The notes under the pieces: generated by a model
What the model saw: only the letters and a program-made list of their open reading frames with translations
Told to the model about the DNA's origin: nothing
Database searches by the model: none
Translations under genes and position numbers: made by a program
Shown: piece by piece, positions 8,478 to 16,847 of the stretch
Layout: each line of letters opens with the position of its first letter
Position numbering within the stretch: the first letter of the stretch is position 1
Assembly: GCA_937871635.1 (NCBI GenBank)
Contig: CALMNS010000008.1
Coordinates: 1-41,962 of the forward strand
Origin: an uncultured Solirubrobacter sp.
GTDB taxonomy: Bacteria; Actinomycetota; Thermoleophilia; Solirubrobacterales; Solirubrobacteraceae
Direction of reading: 5' to 3'
Length of the DNA stretch: 41,962 nt

Positions 8478-9681
8478 GTCCGCGCCCGAGGTCGGCCGCC
8501 TCCGGTCGGACGAGCAGCCAGAACGTCGCGACGGCACCAAGGCTGCAGGTGGCGATCACGATCGCCATCGGGAGGGCGGTGTCCTTGCCCGCGACGCCGA
8601 CCAACGGGGCGCTGATCGCTCCGACGGCGAACTGCGCCATGCCGAGCAGCGCCGATGCGCTTCCTGCGGTGGAGGCGTGTTCCTCGAGGGCGATGGTCGT
8701 CCCGCTGGGCAGGACGACCCCGATGCTCGACACGACGAGGAAGAACGCCGGCAGGATGCCGGCGAGTCCGATCCCGCCGTGCACGACGGCGGCGAGGAGG
8801 GCGACGCCGCCCGTGGCGCCGATGACGAGGCCGGCCCCGAGGACGGGGCGTGGCCCGGAGCGGGCGATGAGCTTCGCGCTCACCTGACCCGCGGCGACCA
8901 GGCCGACGGCGTTGACCGCGAAGACGGCGCTGAACTGGGCCGGTGAGAGCGCGTAGATGTCCTGGAGCACGAACGGGGAGCCGGCGATGTACGCGAACAT
9001 GGCCGCGAAGGCCAGGCCGCTGGCCAGCGCGCAGCCGACGAAGCCCCGGTCTCCCAGCAGGACGCGGAAGACGCGGGTGGTGTCGGCCAGCCCACCCGTG
9101 CGCCGCAGCGCGGGCGGGTGGGACTCCGGGACCCAGAGCACCGTGCCCGCGAGGATCAGCGCGCCGACCGCGGCGAGCACGAGGAAGAGCCCGCGCCAGT
9201 CGGTCAGCTGCAGCAGCTGAGCTCCGACGATCGGGGAGATGATCGGCGCGAGCCCGTTGACCAGCAGCAGTCCCGCGAACAGGCGCGCGGCGGCCACGCC
9301 CGACCGGAGGTCGCGAACGATGGCGCGGGCGATCACGATCCCGGCCGCACCTGCGAGCCCCTGGACGAAGCGCAGCACGACGAGGCTCGCGATGGACGGC
9401 GCGACGGCGCAGGCCAGCGAGGCGGCCACGTAGACCCCGACTCCGATGATGAGGGGACGCCGGCGACCGACCGCGTCGCTCCAGGGGCCGCTGAGCAGCT
9501 GCCCCGCGGCCAGCCCGAGGAGGCAGGCCGTCAGGGTCAGCTGCGCGAGCGAGGCGCTCGTGTCGAGGCCGTCGGCGAGCTGCGGCAGTCCAGGGAGGTA
9601 GAGGTCGAGCGATAGCGGCCCGAACGCGCTCAGGGCGCCGAGCACCAGGACCGTCGCCGGGGCGACTCGAGCTTGGCGCAA
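8446..9681 (-). CDS. MFS transporter, Bcr/CflA drug-resistance subfamily-like
   Basis: LGALSAFGPLSLDLYLPGLPQLADGL...GPWSDAVGRRRPLIIG (MFS motif A) with about 12 hydrophobic segments. TTG start at 9681 is uncertain. Confidence 0.85.
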   Translation of the reverse strand: MRQARVAPATVLVLGALSAFGPLSLDLYLPGLPQLADGLDTSASLAQLTLTACLLGLAAGQLLSGPWSDAVGRRRPLIIGVGVYVAASLACAVAPSIASLVVLRFVQGLAGAAGIVIARAIVRDLRSGVAAARLFAGLLLVNGLAPIISPIVGAQLLQLTDWRGLFLVLAAVGALILAGTVLWVPESHPPALRRTGGLADTTRVFRVLLGDRGFVGCALASGLAFAAMFAYIAGSPFVLQDIYALSPAQFSAVFAVNAVGLVAAGQVSAKLIARSGPRPVLGAGLVIGATGGVALLAAVVHGGIGLAGILPAFFLVVSSIGVVLPSGTTIALEEHASTAGSASALLGMAQFAVGAISAPLVGVAGKDTALPMAIVIATCSLGAVATFWLLVRPEAADLGRGLRRLEAVAGR

Positions 9682-9684
9682 GCG

Positions 9685-10542
9685 CTAGACGGCGCCGACC
9701 AGCACCTCGGCGACCGTCCGCGGCGGCCGGCCGGTCAGCTCCTGCACCACCCGGGAGCGCTGGTCGAGGTGCCCGCCTCGGATCGCGGCGCCGAAGGAGG
9801 CCAGGAGCTCGCAGACCTCCGGCGGCAGGCCGGCGGCTCCCAGGCCGTCGACGAACGCCTCGTCGTCCGAGTTCTCGGCCGTCACCCGGCCGCTGCCGGC
9901 CGCTGCGTAGATCCGCGCGAGGTCATCCGCGCCAAGCAGCTCGGGACCCGTCACGTCGTAGGTGCGCCCGGCGTGCTCGTCGCCTCCGGCGAGCCACGCC
10001 GCCGCGACGGCGGCGCAGTCCTCGCGCGAAACGTAGGCGGTGCGTCCGTCGCCCTGGTTGTGGTGCAAGGTGCCCGAGGCGACGGCCGCCTGGGCTTCGG
10101 GAATCCGGTACTCGCCGTAGAGGGCGTTGCGCAGGAGCGTCCACTGGAGGCCGCTCGCGATGAGCGCTGCCTCGGTCTCGCGATGGTCGCGAGCGACGAG
10201 GGCGGGGTTGTCGGCCGCCGGGCTCGGCAGCGAGGTGTAGGCGACGGCGCGCACCCCGGCGGCCTTGGCGGCGTCGATGGCGGCGACGTGCTGCGGGACG
10301 CGGCGGCCGATCGCGTCGGTGGAGATGAGCAGCAACCGCTCGCCGCCGGCGAACGCCTCGGTCAGGGAGGCGGGGACGTCGAAGTCGCCGTATCGGGTCT
10401 GGACGCCGCGCGCGGCCAGGTCGGCCAGCTCGTCGGGGCGGCGGGAGACGAGGACGACGCGGCTGGGCTCGACTCGGTCGAGGAGCAGCTCTGCAGCGCG
10501 GCGGCCGAGATGGCCTCCCGCGCCGCTGATCACGAGGGACAT
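9685..10542 (-). CDS. NmrA-like / atypical SDR NAD(P)H-binding oxidoreductase
   Basis: MSLVISGAGGHLGRRAAELLL is a GxxGxxG Rossmann N-terminus. Length and layout fit NmrA/QOR2-like proteins. Lies 3 bp upstream of the MFS gene. Confidence 0.8.
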   Translation of the reverse strand: MSLVISGAGGHLGRRAAELLLDRVEPSRVVLVSRRPDELADLAARGVQTRYGDFDVPASLTEAFAGGERLLLISTDAIGRRVPQHVAAIDAAKAAGVRAVAYTSLPSPAADNPALVARDHRETEAALIASGLQWTLLRNALYGEYRIPEAQAAVASGTLHHNQGDGRTAYVSREDCAAVAAAWLAGGDEHAGRTYDVTGPELLGADDLARIYAAAGSGRVTAENSDDEAFVDGLGAAGLPPEVCELLASFGAAIRGGHLDQRSRVVQELTGRPPRTVAEVLVGAV

Positions 10543-10569
10543 GGGGCTCCTATCCGTGTGTACGGTGAT

Positions 10570-10586
10570 TACGGTTCGTAACCGTA
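10570..10586. promoter_or_regulatory. palindrome TACGGTT-CGT-AACCGTA (candidate Rrf2 operator)
   Basis: Perfect 7-bp arms with a 3-bp spacer in the 79-bp divergent intergenic region. An extra half-site, TACGGTG, sits at 10561-10567. Confidence 0.4.
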
Positions 10587-10621
10587 GCAGCCGCGGTTGC
10601 GATTTGGTCTATGCTCACGGC

Positions 10622-11068
10622 ATGGCGCATCCCACGAACACCCAGTTCGCGGTCGCCGCGCACCTGCTCACGCTGCTTGCCGGCGCGTCCGAGGAGGTCT
10701 TGAGCTCGGAGCTGATGGCCGGCAGCGTCGGCGCGAATCCGGTGCACGTCCGCCGCGTGCTCGGCTCGCTGCGCCGCGCGGGGATCGTCTCGTCGCGGCC
10801 CGGGGCCCATGGCGGCTGGCAACTCGAGCAGCCCGCGGAGACCGTCACCCTCGCGGACGTGTGGCGTGCGGTGCAGGGCGCCGACCCGCTGCTCGGGCTG
10901 CATGGCGCGGCGCCGGAGTGCACGGTCGGCCAGCGCATCCAGCGCGCGCTCGGCGACATCGATCGCCGCGCCGCGCGGGCGGTCGAGGAGGAGCTCGCGG
11001 AGACTTCCATCTTAGACCTCGCGCGCGACACGCGGGCGCGTGAGCTCGCGGCTACGGCAGATCGCTGA
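10622..11068 (+). CDS. Rrf2-family transcriptional regulator
   Basis: From ATG 10622: MAHPTNTQFAVAAHLLTLLAGASEEVLSSELMAGSVGANPVHVRRVLGSLRRAGIVSSRPGAHGGWQL is an Rrf2 signature. Confidence 0.85.
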   Translation: MAHPTNTQFAVAAHLLTLLAGASEEVLSSELMAGSVGANPVHVRRVLGSLRRAGIVSSRPGAHGGWQLEQPAETVTLADVWRAVQGADPLLGLHGAAPECTVGQRIQRALGDIDRRAARAVEEELAETSILDLARDTRARELAATADR

Positions 11069-11250
11069 CGGCGGCTACCGGTCGGAGGCGGTGCGGCACG
11101 AGGTGTGCGCCGGCTCCAGGAGCGAGGGACAAGTCAACCGCCTCGTTTCTCGTGCATCGCGCACGAGTGCTGGTCCAACCGTCTGACCTCGCTTCGGTGG
11201 TGAGCGCTCACTCCGAGCCCTTCTCGATCGACCACCACTGAGAGGCCGCC

Positions 11251-11598
11251 ATGGCACGCATCATCATCAGGGGCGGAACCGTCTTGCACGGACCCGCCGA
11301 CACCGGCCACTTCGCCCCGGCCGACGTGCTCGTGGAGGACGGACGCATCGACCGCATCGCTCCCGCCGTCGAGGCCACCGACGCAGACGTCGTCGATGCG
11401 ACCGGCACCTCCGTGCTGCCCGGTTACGTCGATGCGCACCACCACCTGTAGGAGACCACCATGCGCGGGATCACCGCGGACTGGGACCTGGCGGACTTCT
11501 TCTGGGGCATCCGGCTCCACCACACCGCGGTTCACGGGCCGGAGGACGTGCACGCCGGGACGCTCGCCGGCGCGCTCTCCGCGCTCGACATCGCGCTC
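11251..11598 (+). pseudogene. amidohydrolase relic: in-frame TAG plus 3' truncation
   Basis: ORFs 11251..11451 and 11461..12120 share one frame. Together they read ...VLPGYVDAHHHL*ETTMRGITADWDLADFFWGIRLHHTAVHGPEDVHAGTLAGALSALD. This aligns with the intact in-window paralog (PGFVDSHLHAWEGQLRGIAPDADFDGYLD...), and the stop falls at the conserved Trp. Similarity ends near 11598, next to the 3' end of the TetR gene. Confidence 0.7.
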
Positions 11599-11615
11599 GT
11601 GGCTCAGGGGCTCGC

Positions 11616-12293
11616 TCAGCGACGCGCGCGCCAGGCCCGCATGGCCTCTGGCACGTGCTCGGCGTCGAGGCCGTCGGTGGGAAGCGGGGTGGGGCCGTCG
11701 CGGCTAGGGCGCAGCCCGTCCAGGGTGAGGGCGAGGAACCGGCGCCACAGCGCCGGGTCGAGGTCCCGGGTCGCGTCGATGAGCGACCCGAGGGCCAGCT
11801 GCAGGAGGGGGATGTCGGACGGGACGACGTCGGGCCGGACGCTGCCGTCCGCCTGGGCTCGTTCGAGGAGGCGCGTACTGAGGGGGGCGATCCGCCGCCG
11901 TGCCTCGCAGATGCCGCTGCAGGCGGCGCCGTCGGACACCAGGAGGTCCTTGAGACCACGGTCGGTGGCTTGCAGCGTGAGGATCGTCTCGAGCGAGGAG
12001 GCGAAGCCCTCCCAGGGGTCCGGGTTGGCGAGCCCCCGTTCGAAGGCGGCGACCACCTCGGCCACGCGATCCTCGAAGAGGGCGTCGATCAGCAGCTGCT
12101 TCTCGGGGAAGCGGCGGTAGACCGTGCCGACGCCGACCTCGGCGTGGCGGGCGATGTCGTCGAGCGAGGCGGTAAGGCCGCGCTCGGCGAAGACGTCGCG
12201 CGCCGCCTGCAGGATCCGCTGGCGGTTGCGCTCCGCGTCGCGTCGCAACGGCCGCGACGCCGGATCGACGGGCACGGTCGGAGGAGTTGGCAC
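11616..12293 (-). CDS. TetR/AcrR-family transcriptional regulator
   Basis: RRDAERNRQRILQAARDVFAERGLTASLDDIARHAEVGVGTVYRRFPEKQLLIDALF is a TetR HTH. Confidence 0.9.
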   Translation of the reverse strand: MPTPPTVPVDPASRPLRRDAERNRQRILQAARDVFAERGLTASLDDIARHAEVGVGTVYRRFPEKQLLIDALFEDRVAEVVAAFERGLANPDPWEGFASSLETILTLQATDRGLKDLLVSDGAACSGICEARRRIAPLSTRLLERAQADGSVRPDVVPSDIPLLQLALGSLIDATRDLDPALWRRFLALTLDGLRPSRDGPTPLPTDGLDAEHVPEAMRAWRARR

Positions 12294-12411
12294 ACGCCGA
12301 GTCTAGCGCAAACCGGAGCTTTTCTCTCGAAGTTGAGCCGAGCCCTCCGGATCCTTGATACGGTCCGCTTCGGAACTTGAGAGCGTCCCTCCGCTTCACA
12401 ACTTCGCGACC

Positions 12412-13212
12412 ATGCCCAACACCCGAACCGCCTCCCCCTCCCTCCCACGCCACCGCCAAGCCCGGCGGGGGCGCGTGGAGGCGGGCTACTTCCTCCTGGC
12501 CTACCTCGTCTACGTCGGGGCACGGTGGGTGTTCGTGGGCGACGCCGGGACGGCGCAGCGCAACGCCGCCTGGATATGGGAGCTCGAGCAGGCCACCGGC
12601 ACCGCGATCGAGGAGTCCGTGCAACGAGCGTTCGGCTCCCCCGTGATCAGCGCGGTGCTCAGCAACGTCTACCTGGCCGCGCAGCTCGCCGTGCTGCCGG
12701 TCGCCATCGTCTGGGTCTACCGGCGCTCGGAGTCCGTCTACCGCCGGTTCCGCACGACGGTCATCGCGACCTGGATGATCTCCGTGCCGATCTTCGCGCT
12801 GTTCCCCGTCGCGCCGCCGCGCCTCGCCGACCTGGGGCTCGCCGACACCGTCTCCGCTCAGGCCACCGTCGTGCTCAACGGCAGCTCGACGATCTTCTAC
12901 AACCCGTTCGCGGCGGTGCCGAGCCTCCACGTCGGCTTCGCCTTCGCGGTCGGCGTCGCCGTCGCCTTCGCCGCGCACCGGCGGTGGGTCAAGGCCGTTG
13001 CGCTCCTCTGGGGTCCGGTGGTGGCACTCACCGTGGTGGCCACCGCGAACCACTACGTCTTCGACATCCTCGTCGGCCTTCTGGTCACCCTCGCCGGCTT
13101 CGCGCTGTGGTTCGTGCATCCGCAGCGGCGCCACCGTCCCGTCGTCCTGACCACGCCTCCCGGCCGTGCGCCTGCCCGTGCCGGTGTGCAACCGCTGGCG
13201 CCCGCGCGATGA
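12412..13212 (+). CDS. PAP2-superfamily membrane protein (PAP2_3 / IPC-synthase-like subtype)
   Basis: Multi-TM protein with AAVPSLHVGFAF (C2-like PSxH) and TANHYVFDILVG (C3-like HxxxD). No clear KxxxxxxRP C1 motif. Start trimmed to ATG 12412. Confidence 0.7.
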   Translation: MPNTRTASPSLPRHRQARRGRVEAGYFLLAYLVYVGARWVFVGDAGTAQRNAAWIWELEQATGTAIEESVQRAFGSPVISAVLSNVYLAAQLAVLPVAIVWVYRRSESVYRRFRTTVIATWMISVPIFALFPVAPPRLADLGLADTVSAQATVVLNGSSTIFYNPFAAVPSLHVGFAFAVGVAVAFAAHRRWVKAVALLWGPVVALTVVATANHYVFDILVGLLVTLAGFALWFVHPQRRHRPVVLTTPPGRAPARAGVQPLAPAR

Positions 13213-13877
13213 GCACGGTCGCGTCGCCGCGGGCGTCCTCGCTCGTCCTCGCACCGCCGCGACGCCCGCAGGAGGCGCAGGCGGGCGCGACGGCCGCGAT
13301 CCGGGTCGCGGCGCTCGACGACCACTGGGCCGTTCGCGCCGGGCTCGAGACGGTCATCGACTCGCAGCCCGACATGGCCCTCGTGGGGTCCGTCGCCGGC
13401 GAGGACGAGCTCGACCGGCTGCTCGAGCGCGCCGATCCGTCGCTCCTCGTCCTCGACATCGGTCACCCCGGGCTCGACGGCCTGGCGATCGGCTTGCGCC
13501 TGAAGCGGCGAGCCGATCACCCTCGGATCCTCCTCTACAGCGGACGGGAGGCGACGCCGCTGCTGACGGCCGCAGCGGCCGTCGCGGGCATGGACGCCAT
13601 CGTCCCCAAGTCCGCGAGCCGGCGGGAGCTCCTGGAAGCGCTCCGCGGCGCCGCCCGCCACGGCTCGCGGATCGACGTGCCGCTCGCGCTGCTCAGGCAC
13701 GCCGCGGGCCGGCTCGATCCCGCCGACCACGCCATCCTGGCCATGCGCACCGCGGGAAGCTCCTGGCCCGAGGTCGGCTCGACGCTCGCGATCGCCGAGG
13801 TGGCGCTGGCGCGCCGCGCGTGGGCGATCCTCGCGGCGCTGACGACGTCAGAGCCGCGCTCCGGGACGGCGCCATGA
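13209..13877 (+). CDS. NarL/FixJ-type response regulator (orphan; no kinase in window)
   Basis: Receiver residues are present: ALDDH, LLVLDIGHPGLDG, LLYSG, IVPKS. The C-terminus LDPADHAILAMRTAGSSWPEVGSTLAIAEVALARRAWAIL fits a LuxR-type HTH pattern. ATG overlaps the upstream stop (ATGA). Confidence 0.75.
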   Translation: MSTVASPRASSLVLAPPRRPQEAQAGATAAIRVAALDDHWAVRAGLETVIDSQPDMALVGSVAGEDELDRLLERADPSLLVLDIGHPGLDGLAIGLRLKRRADHPRILLYSGREATPLLTAAAAVAGMDAIVPKSASRRELLEALRGAARHGSRIDVPLALLRHAAGRLDPADHAILAMRTAGSSWPEVGSTLAIAEVALARRAWAILAALTTSEPRSGTAP

Positions 13878-15019
13878 GCGTCGTCGCGGAACCGACCACC
13901 CTGCGGCGGCCACCTCCGAAGGCGGCGCCGGATCGGCCGACCGACGCGAGGCGCGCACCTCGTCGAGACGAGCGGGCGGCCGCGCCCGACGAGGTCGGGG
14001 CGGTCGAGACGGTCGGGACGGTCGAGGCGGTCGAGGCGGTCGACGGCAGGGGCCTGATCCGGCGGCTCGTGATCATGGCGGGGCTGGTGGCGATCGTCGT
14101 CGCCGTGATGGCCGCGGTGCCCGAGCTGCAAGCGGTCCTGCGGATGATCACGGGCATGAGCCCGGAGTGGATCGGGCTGGCCGTCGCCCTTGAGGTGGCG
14201 TCCTGCCTGAGCTACGTGGTGGTGTTCAGGCTGTTCTTCGACAACGTGCCCGCAGGGCCGGCGCGAGAGGTGGCGTGGTCGGAGATGGCCTCCGGGGCGC
14301 TGCTTCCCGGAGGCGGCGTGGGCGGCGTCGCCGTCGGGGGCTGGATGCTCCGCGACGCGGGCCTGCCCCTTCGCGCGGTCGTCCAGCGCTCGAGCGGCCT
14401 CTTCCTGCTCACGAGCGCGATGAACGTCCTGGCGCTCGGGCTCGCCGCGCTCCTCGTGATCGTCGGCGTGGCGTCGGGACCGCAGGCGCTCGCCTTGGCC
14501 GCCGTGCCGCTCGCGGTGGCCGTGGCGGTGCTGGCGGGGGTATGGGTCCTGCCGAGGCTCGTGGGCCACGACGCCAAGCGGCACGGCGCTGAGGGCTGGC
14601 GCCACGATCTCCTGCACGGCGTCGTGCTGGCCAAGGCACCGCTCCTGAGCCCCCACTGGCGGCTCGTCGGCGCGGCGGGCTACCTGCTCTTCGACATCGC
14701 CGTGCTGTGGGCGGCCTTCATGGCGCTCGGGGTGGAACCCCCGATCGCCGCCCTCGTCCTCGGGTACCTCATGGGCTTCCTCGCGAACCTCGTCCCGGTG
14801 CCGGGAGGCGTGGGCGTCCTCGATGCCGGCCTCGTCGCCGCCCTCGTCCTCTACGGGATGCCGGCCGAGGCCTCGGCCGCCGCGGTGCTCGTCTACCACG
14901 CCATCGCGTTCTGGGTGCCGGGTGCGGGCGGCACGCTCGGCTACGCGCGGTTCCGCCGTCGCTCCGCCCTCGCTCGCGCGCGGACGGTCGGTGGCGGTGC
15001 CGGTCGGGTGCTCGCGTGA
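13874..15019 (+). CDS. lysylphosphatidylglycerol-synthase TM-region / UPF0104 flippase-like membrane protein (no synthase domain)
   Basis: Ala/Gly/Leu-rich polytopic protein with LANLVPVPGGVGVLDAGLVAAL, which resembles the P-x-PGG-x-G motif. About 60 aa of charged N-terminal tail. ATGA overlap with the response regulator gene. Confidence 0.7.
   Translation: MSVVAEPTTLRRPPPKAAPDRPTDARRAPRRDERAAAPDEVGAVETVGTVEAVEAVDGRGLIRRLVIMAGLVAIVVAVMAAVPELQAVLRMITGMSPEWIGLAVALEVASCLSYVVVFRLFFDNVPAGPAREVAWSEMASGALLPGGGVGGVAVGGWMLRDAGLPLRAVVQRSSGLFLLTSAMNVLALGLAALLVIVGVASGPQALALAAVPLAVAVAVLAGVWVLPRLVGHDAKRHGAEGWRHDLLHGVVLAKAPLLSPHWRLVGAAGYLLFDIAVLWAAFMALGVEPPIAALVLGYLMGFLANLVPVPGGVGVLDAGLVAALVLYGMPAEASAAAVLVYHAIAFWVPGAGGTLGYARFRRRSALARARTVGGGAGRVLA
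13991..14044 (+). repeat. 6 x 9-bp in-frame tandem repeat (consensus GCGGTCGAG)
   Basis: gaggtcggg gcggtcgag acggtcggg acggtcgag gcggtcgag gcggtcgac encodes EVG-AVE-TVG-TVE-AVE-AVD in the N-terminal tail of the flippase-like protein. Confidence 0.85.
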
Positions 15020-15744
15020 GCACGGCACCACACGCGTCGCACCACGTCCCGAGGCTCGCGGTCGCGGGATCGGTGGGCGGGCTCCTCGCCGTCGCGGCCG
15101 TGCTGGCCGGCGTGGTCGACCTCCCCGACGTCGGCGGGGCGCTCGAGCGGCTGTCCGGGACGCTGGGCGCGTGGGCCTACGCGGTCATCCCCGCCCTCGC
15201 GTTCCTCGAGACGGGCGCCTTTGTCGGGCTCGTCGTGCCGGGGGAGACGGCCGTGCTCGTCGGCGGCGTCGTCGCCGAGCGGGGCGAGGTCTCCCTCGTC
15301 CCGCTCATCGGGCTCGTCTGGGCGGCGGCCGTCGCCGGTGACCTCGTCTCCTTCCTGATCGGCCGACGGCTGGGGCGCCCGTTCCTCGAGCGGCACGGCG
15401 GCCGGCTCGGGATCGGCGGCGATCAGCTCGCCCGCGTGGAGCGCTTCTTCGACCGCTTCGGCGGTCGCGCCGTGCTCCTCGGGCGCTTCGTCGGCGTCCT
15501 GCGGGCACTCACGCCGTTCGTCGCGGGCGCCTCGGGCTTCCCCCTGCGCTCCTTCCTGCCCTACAGCGTGGCGGGCACCCTCGTCTGGGCGGTCGCCTTC
15601 ACGCTCATCGGCTACGCCTTCTCCGATTCGTTCGCCGCCGCCGGCACGACGGTCACCTCCGTGCTGCTCGCCGTCGCCCTCGGCGGGGCCGCCGCCTCGG
15701 TGCTCGTCAGCCGCTCACGACGACGGGAAGCGCCCGCGCTCTGA
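15016..15744 (+). CDS. DedA-family membrane protein
   Basis: AFLETGAFVGLVVPGETAVL and LLGRFVGVLRALTPFVAG are DedA signature motifs. GTG overlaps the upstream stop (GTGA). Confidence 0.85.
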   Translation: MSTAPHASHHVPRLAVAGSVGGLLAVAAVLAGVVDLPDVGGALERLSGTLGAWAYAVIPALAFLETGAFVGLVVPGETAVLVGGVVAERGEVSLVPLIGLVWAAAVAGDLVSFLIGRRLGRPFLERHGGRLGIGGDQLARVERFFDRFGGRAVLLGRFVGVLRALTPFVAGASGFPLRSFLPYSVAGTLVWAVAFTLIGYAFSDSFAAAGTTVTSVLLAVALGGAAASVLVSRSRRREAPAL

Positions 15745-15772
15745 GCCGGCGGCCGGCGGCCGGCGGCCGGCG
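15745..15772. repeat. (GCCGGCG)x4 heptamer microsatellite directly after the DedA stop
   Basis: gccggcg gccggcg gccggcg gccggcg, read directly. Each unit contains the self-complementary GCCGGC. Confidence 0.85.
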
Positions 15773-15858
15773 GGTCACTGGCGACGATGGCCGGGATCTT
15801 GCGTATGTCGTCCCTGCTGCCACTCACCCTGCGCGCGGTCACGGCGCAGAATGGACGG

Positions 15859-16785
15859 ATGCTCGCCCTCACCGCCACCGCCGACAGCGCCCGCATCGCC
15901 CTGACAGAGGTGCCGCACCCCACCCCGCTGCCGAACCAAGCCCGCGTCGCCGTGCGCGCGGTGTCGCTCAACCGCGGCGAGTGCGCCGGCCTGGCGAACC
16001 TCCCGGCCGGCTCGCTCATCGGCTGGGATCTCGCCGGGGTGGTCGAGCAGGCCGCGGCCGACGGGTCGGGTCCGCCGGTCGGCGCTCGCGTGGTCGGCCT
16101 CACGAACCCGGGTGCGGGCTGGGCTGAACGTGCGGCCGTGCCCACCGATGCGCTCGCCGCACTGCCCGACTCGGTGAGCTTCGCGCAGGCCGCGACCCTT
16201 CCCGTCGCCGGGATGACCGCGCTGCTGGCGCTGCAGATCGCCGGCACCCCGATCGGCAAGCGCGTGCTCGTCACCGGTGCGACCGGAGGCGTCGGGCGCT
16301 TCGCGATTCAGCTCGCTCGCCTGGGCGGCGCGGCGCGCGTGAGCGCGCTCGTCCGCGACCCCGCGGCGACCGAGGAGCTGACGCGGCTGGGCGCCCACGA
16401 TGTCGTCACCGAGCTCGACGGCGAGTTCGACGTGATCGTCGAAGGCGTCGGCGGGCAGGTCCTCGGCCAGGCCATCCGCCACGTGGCCGCCGAGGGCAGC
16501 GTGATCTCGTTCGCCAGCACGGCGCCCGACGACACGAGCTTCCCCACCCGCGCGCTCTTCGGCCGCGCTCCGGGCGCCAAGGTCCAAGGCCTGCTCGTCT
16601 TCCCTGAGCTGCGCCGGGTCGCCGGCGGAGGCACCGCGCTGCTGACGACCCTCGCGCGCCTCGTCGCCGACGGGGCGCTCGACTGCTCCATCGAGCGCGA
16701 GGCGGCCTGGGAGGACGCCGGCGCGCAGGTCCACGCGCTGCTCGATCGCACCGTCACCGGCAAGGTCGTCCTCACCGTCGGCTGA
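15859..16785 (+). CDS. zinc-binding dehydrogenase / quinone oxidoreductase-like (MDR)
   Basis: ARVAVRAVSLNRGE...KRVLVTGATGGVGRFAIQLARLGGARVSALV...GKVVLTV. Start trimmed to ATG 15859 (MLALTAT). Confidence 0.8.
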   Translation: MLALTATADSARIALTEVPHPTPLPNQARVAVRAVSLNRGECAGLANLPAGSLIGWDLAGVVEQAAADGSGPPVGARVVGLTNPGAGWAERAAVPTDALAALPDSVSFAQAATLPVAGMTALLALQIAGTPIGKRVLVTGATGGVGRFAIQLARLGGAARVSALVRDPAATEELTRLGAHDVVTELDGEFDVIVEGVGGQVLGQAIRHVAAEGSVISFASTAPDDTSFPTRALFGRAPGAKVQGLLVFPELRRVAGGGTALLTTLARLVADGALDCSIEREAAWEDAGAQVHALLDRTVTGKVVLTVG

Positions 16786-16847
16786 GTCGGGCGCAACGCG
16801 TCGTCGTGCCGGCGCGAGGGGCGGGCGGTGGTCGCCCGGCGGCCTCC

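Noticed and set aside
11449-11451. The in-frame TAG in the amidohydrolase as programmed recoding (read-through or pyrrolysine).
   Set aside because: The gene is also truncated after about 115 codons, so read-through would not rescue it. The window shows no pyl machinery and no recoding context. A nonsense mutation at a Trp codon is the simpler reading.
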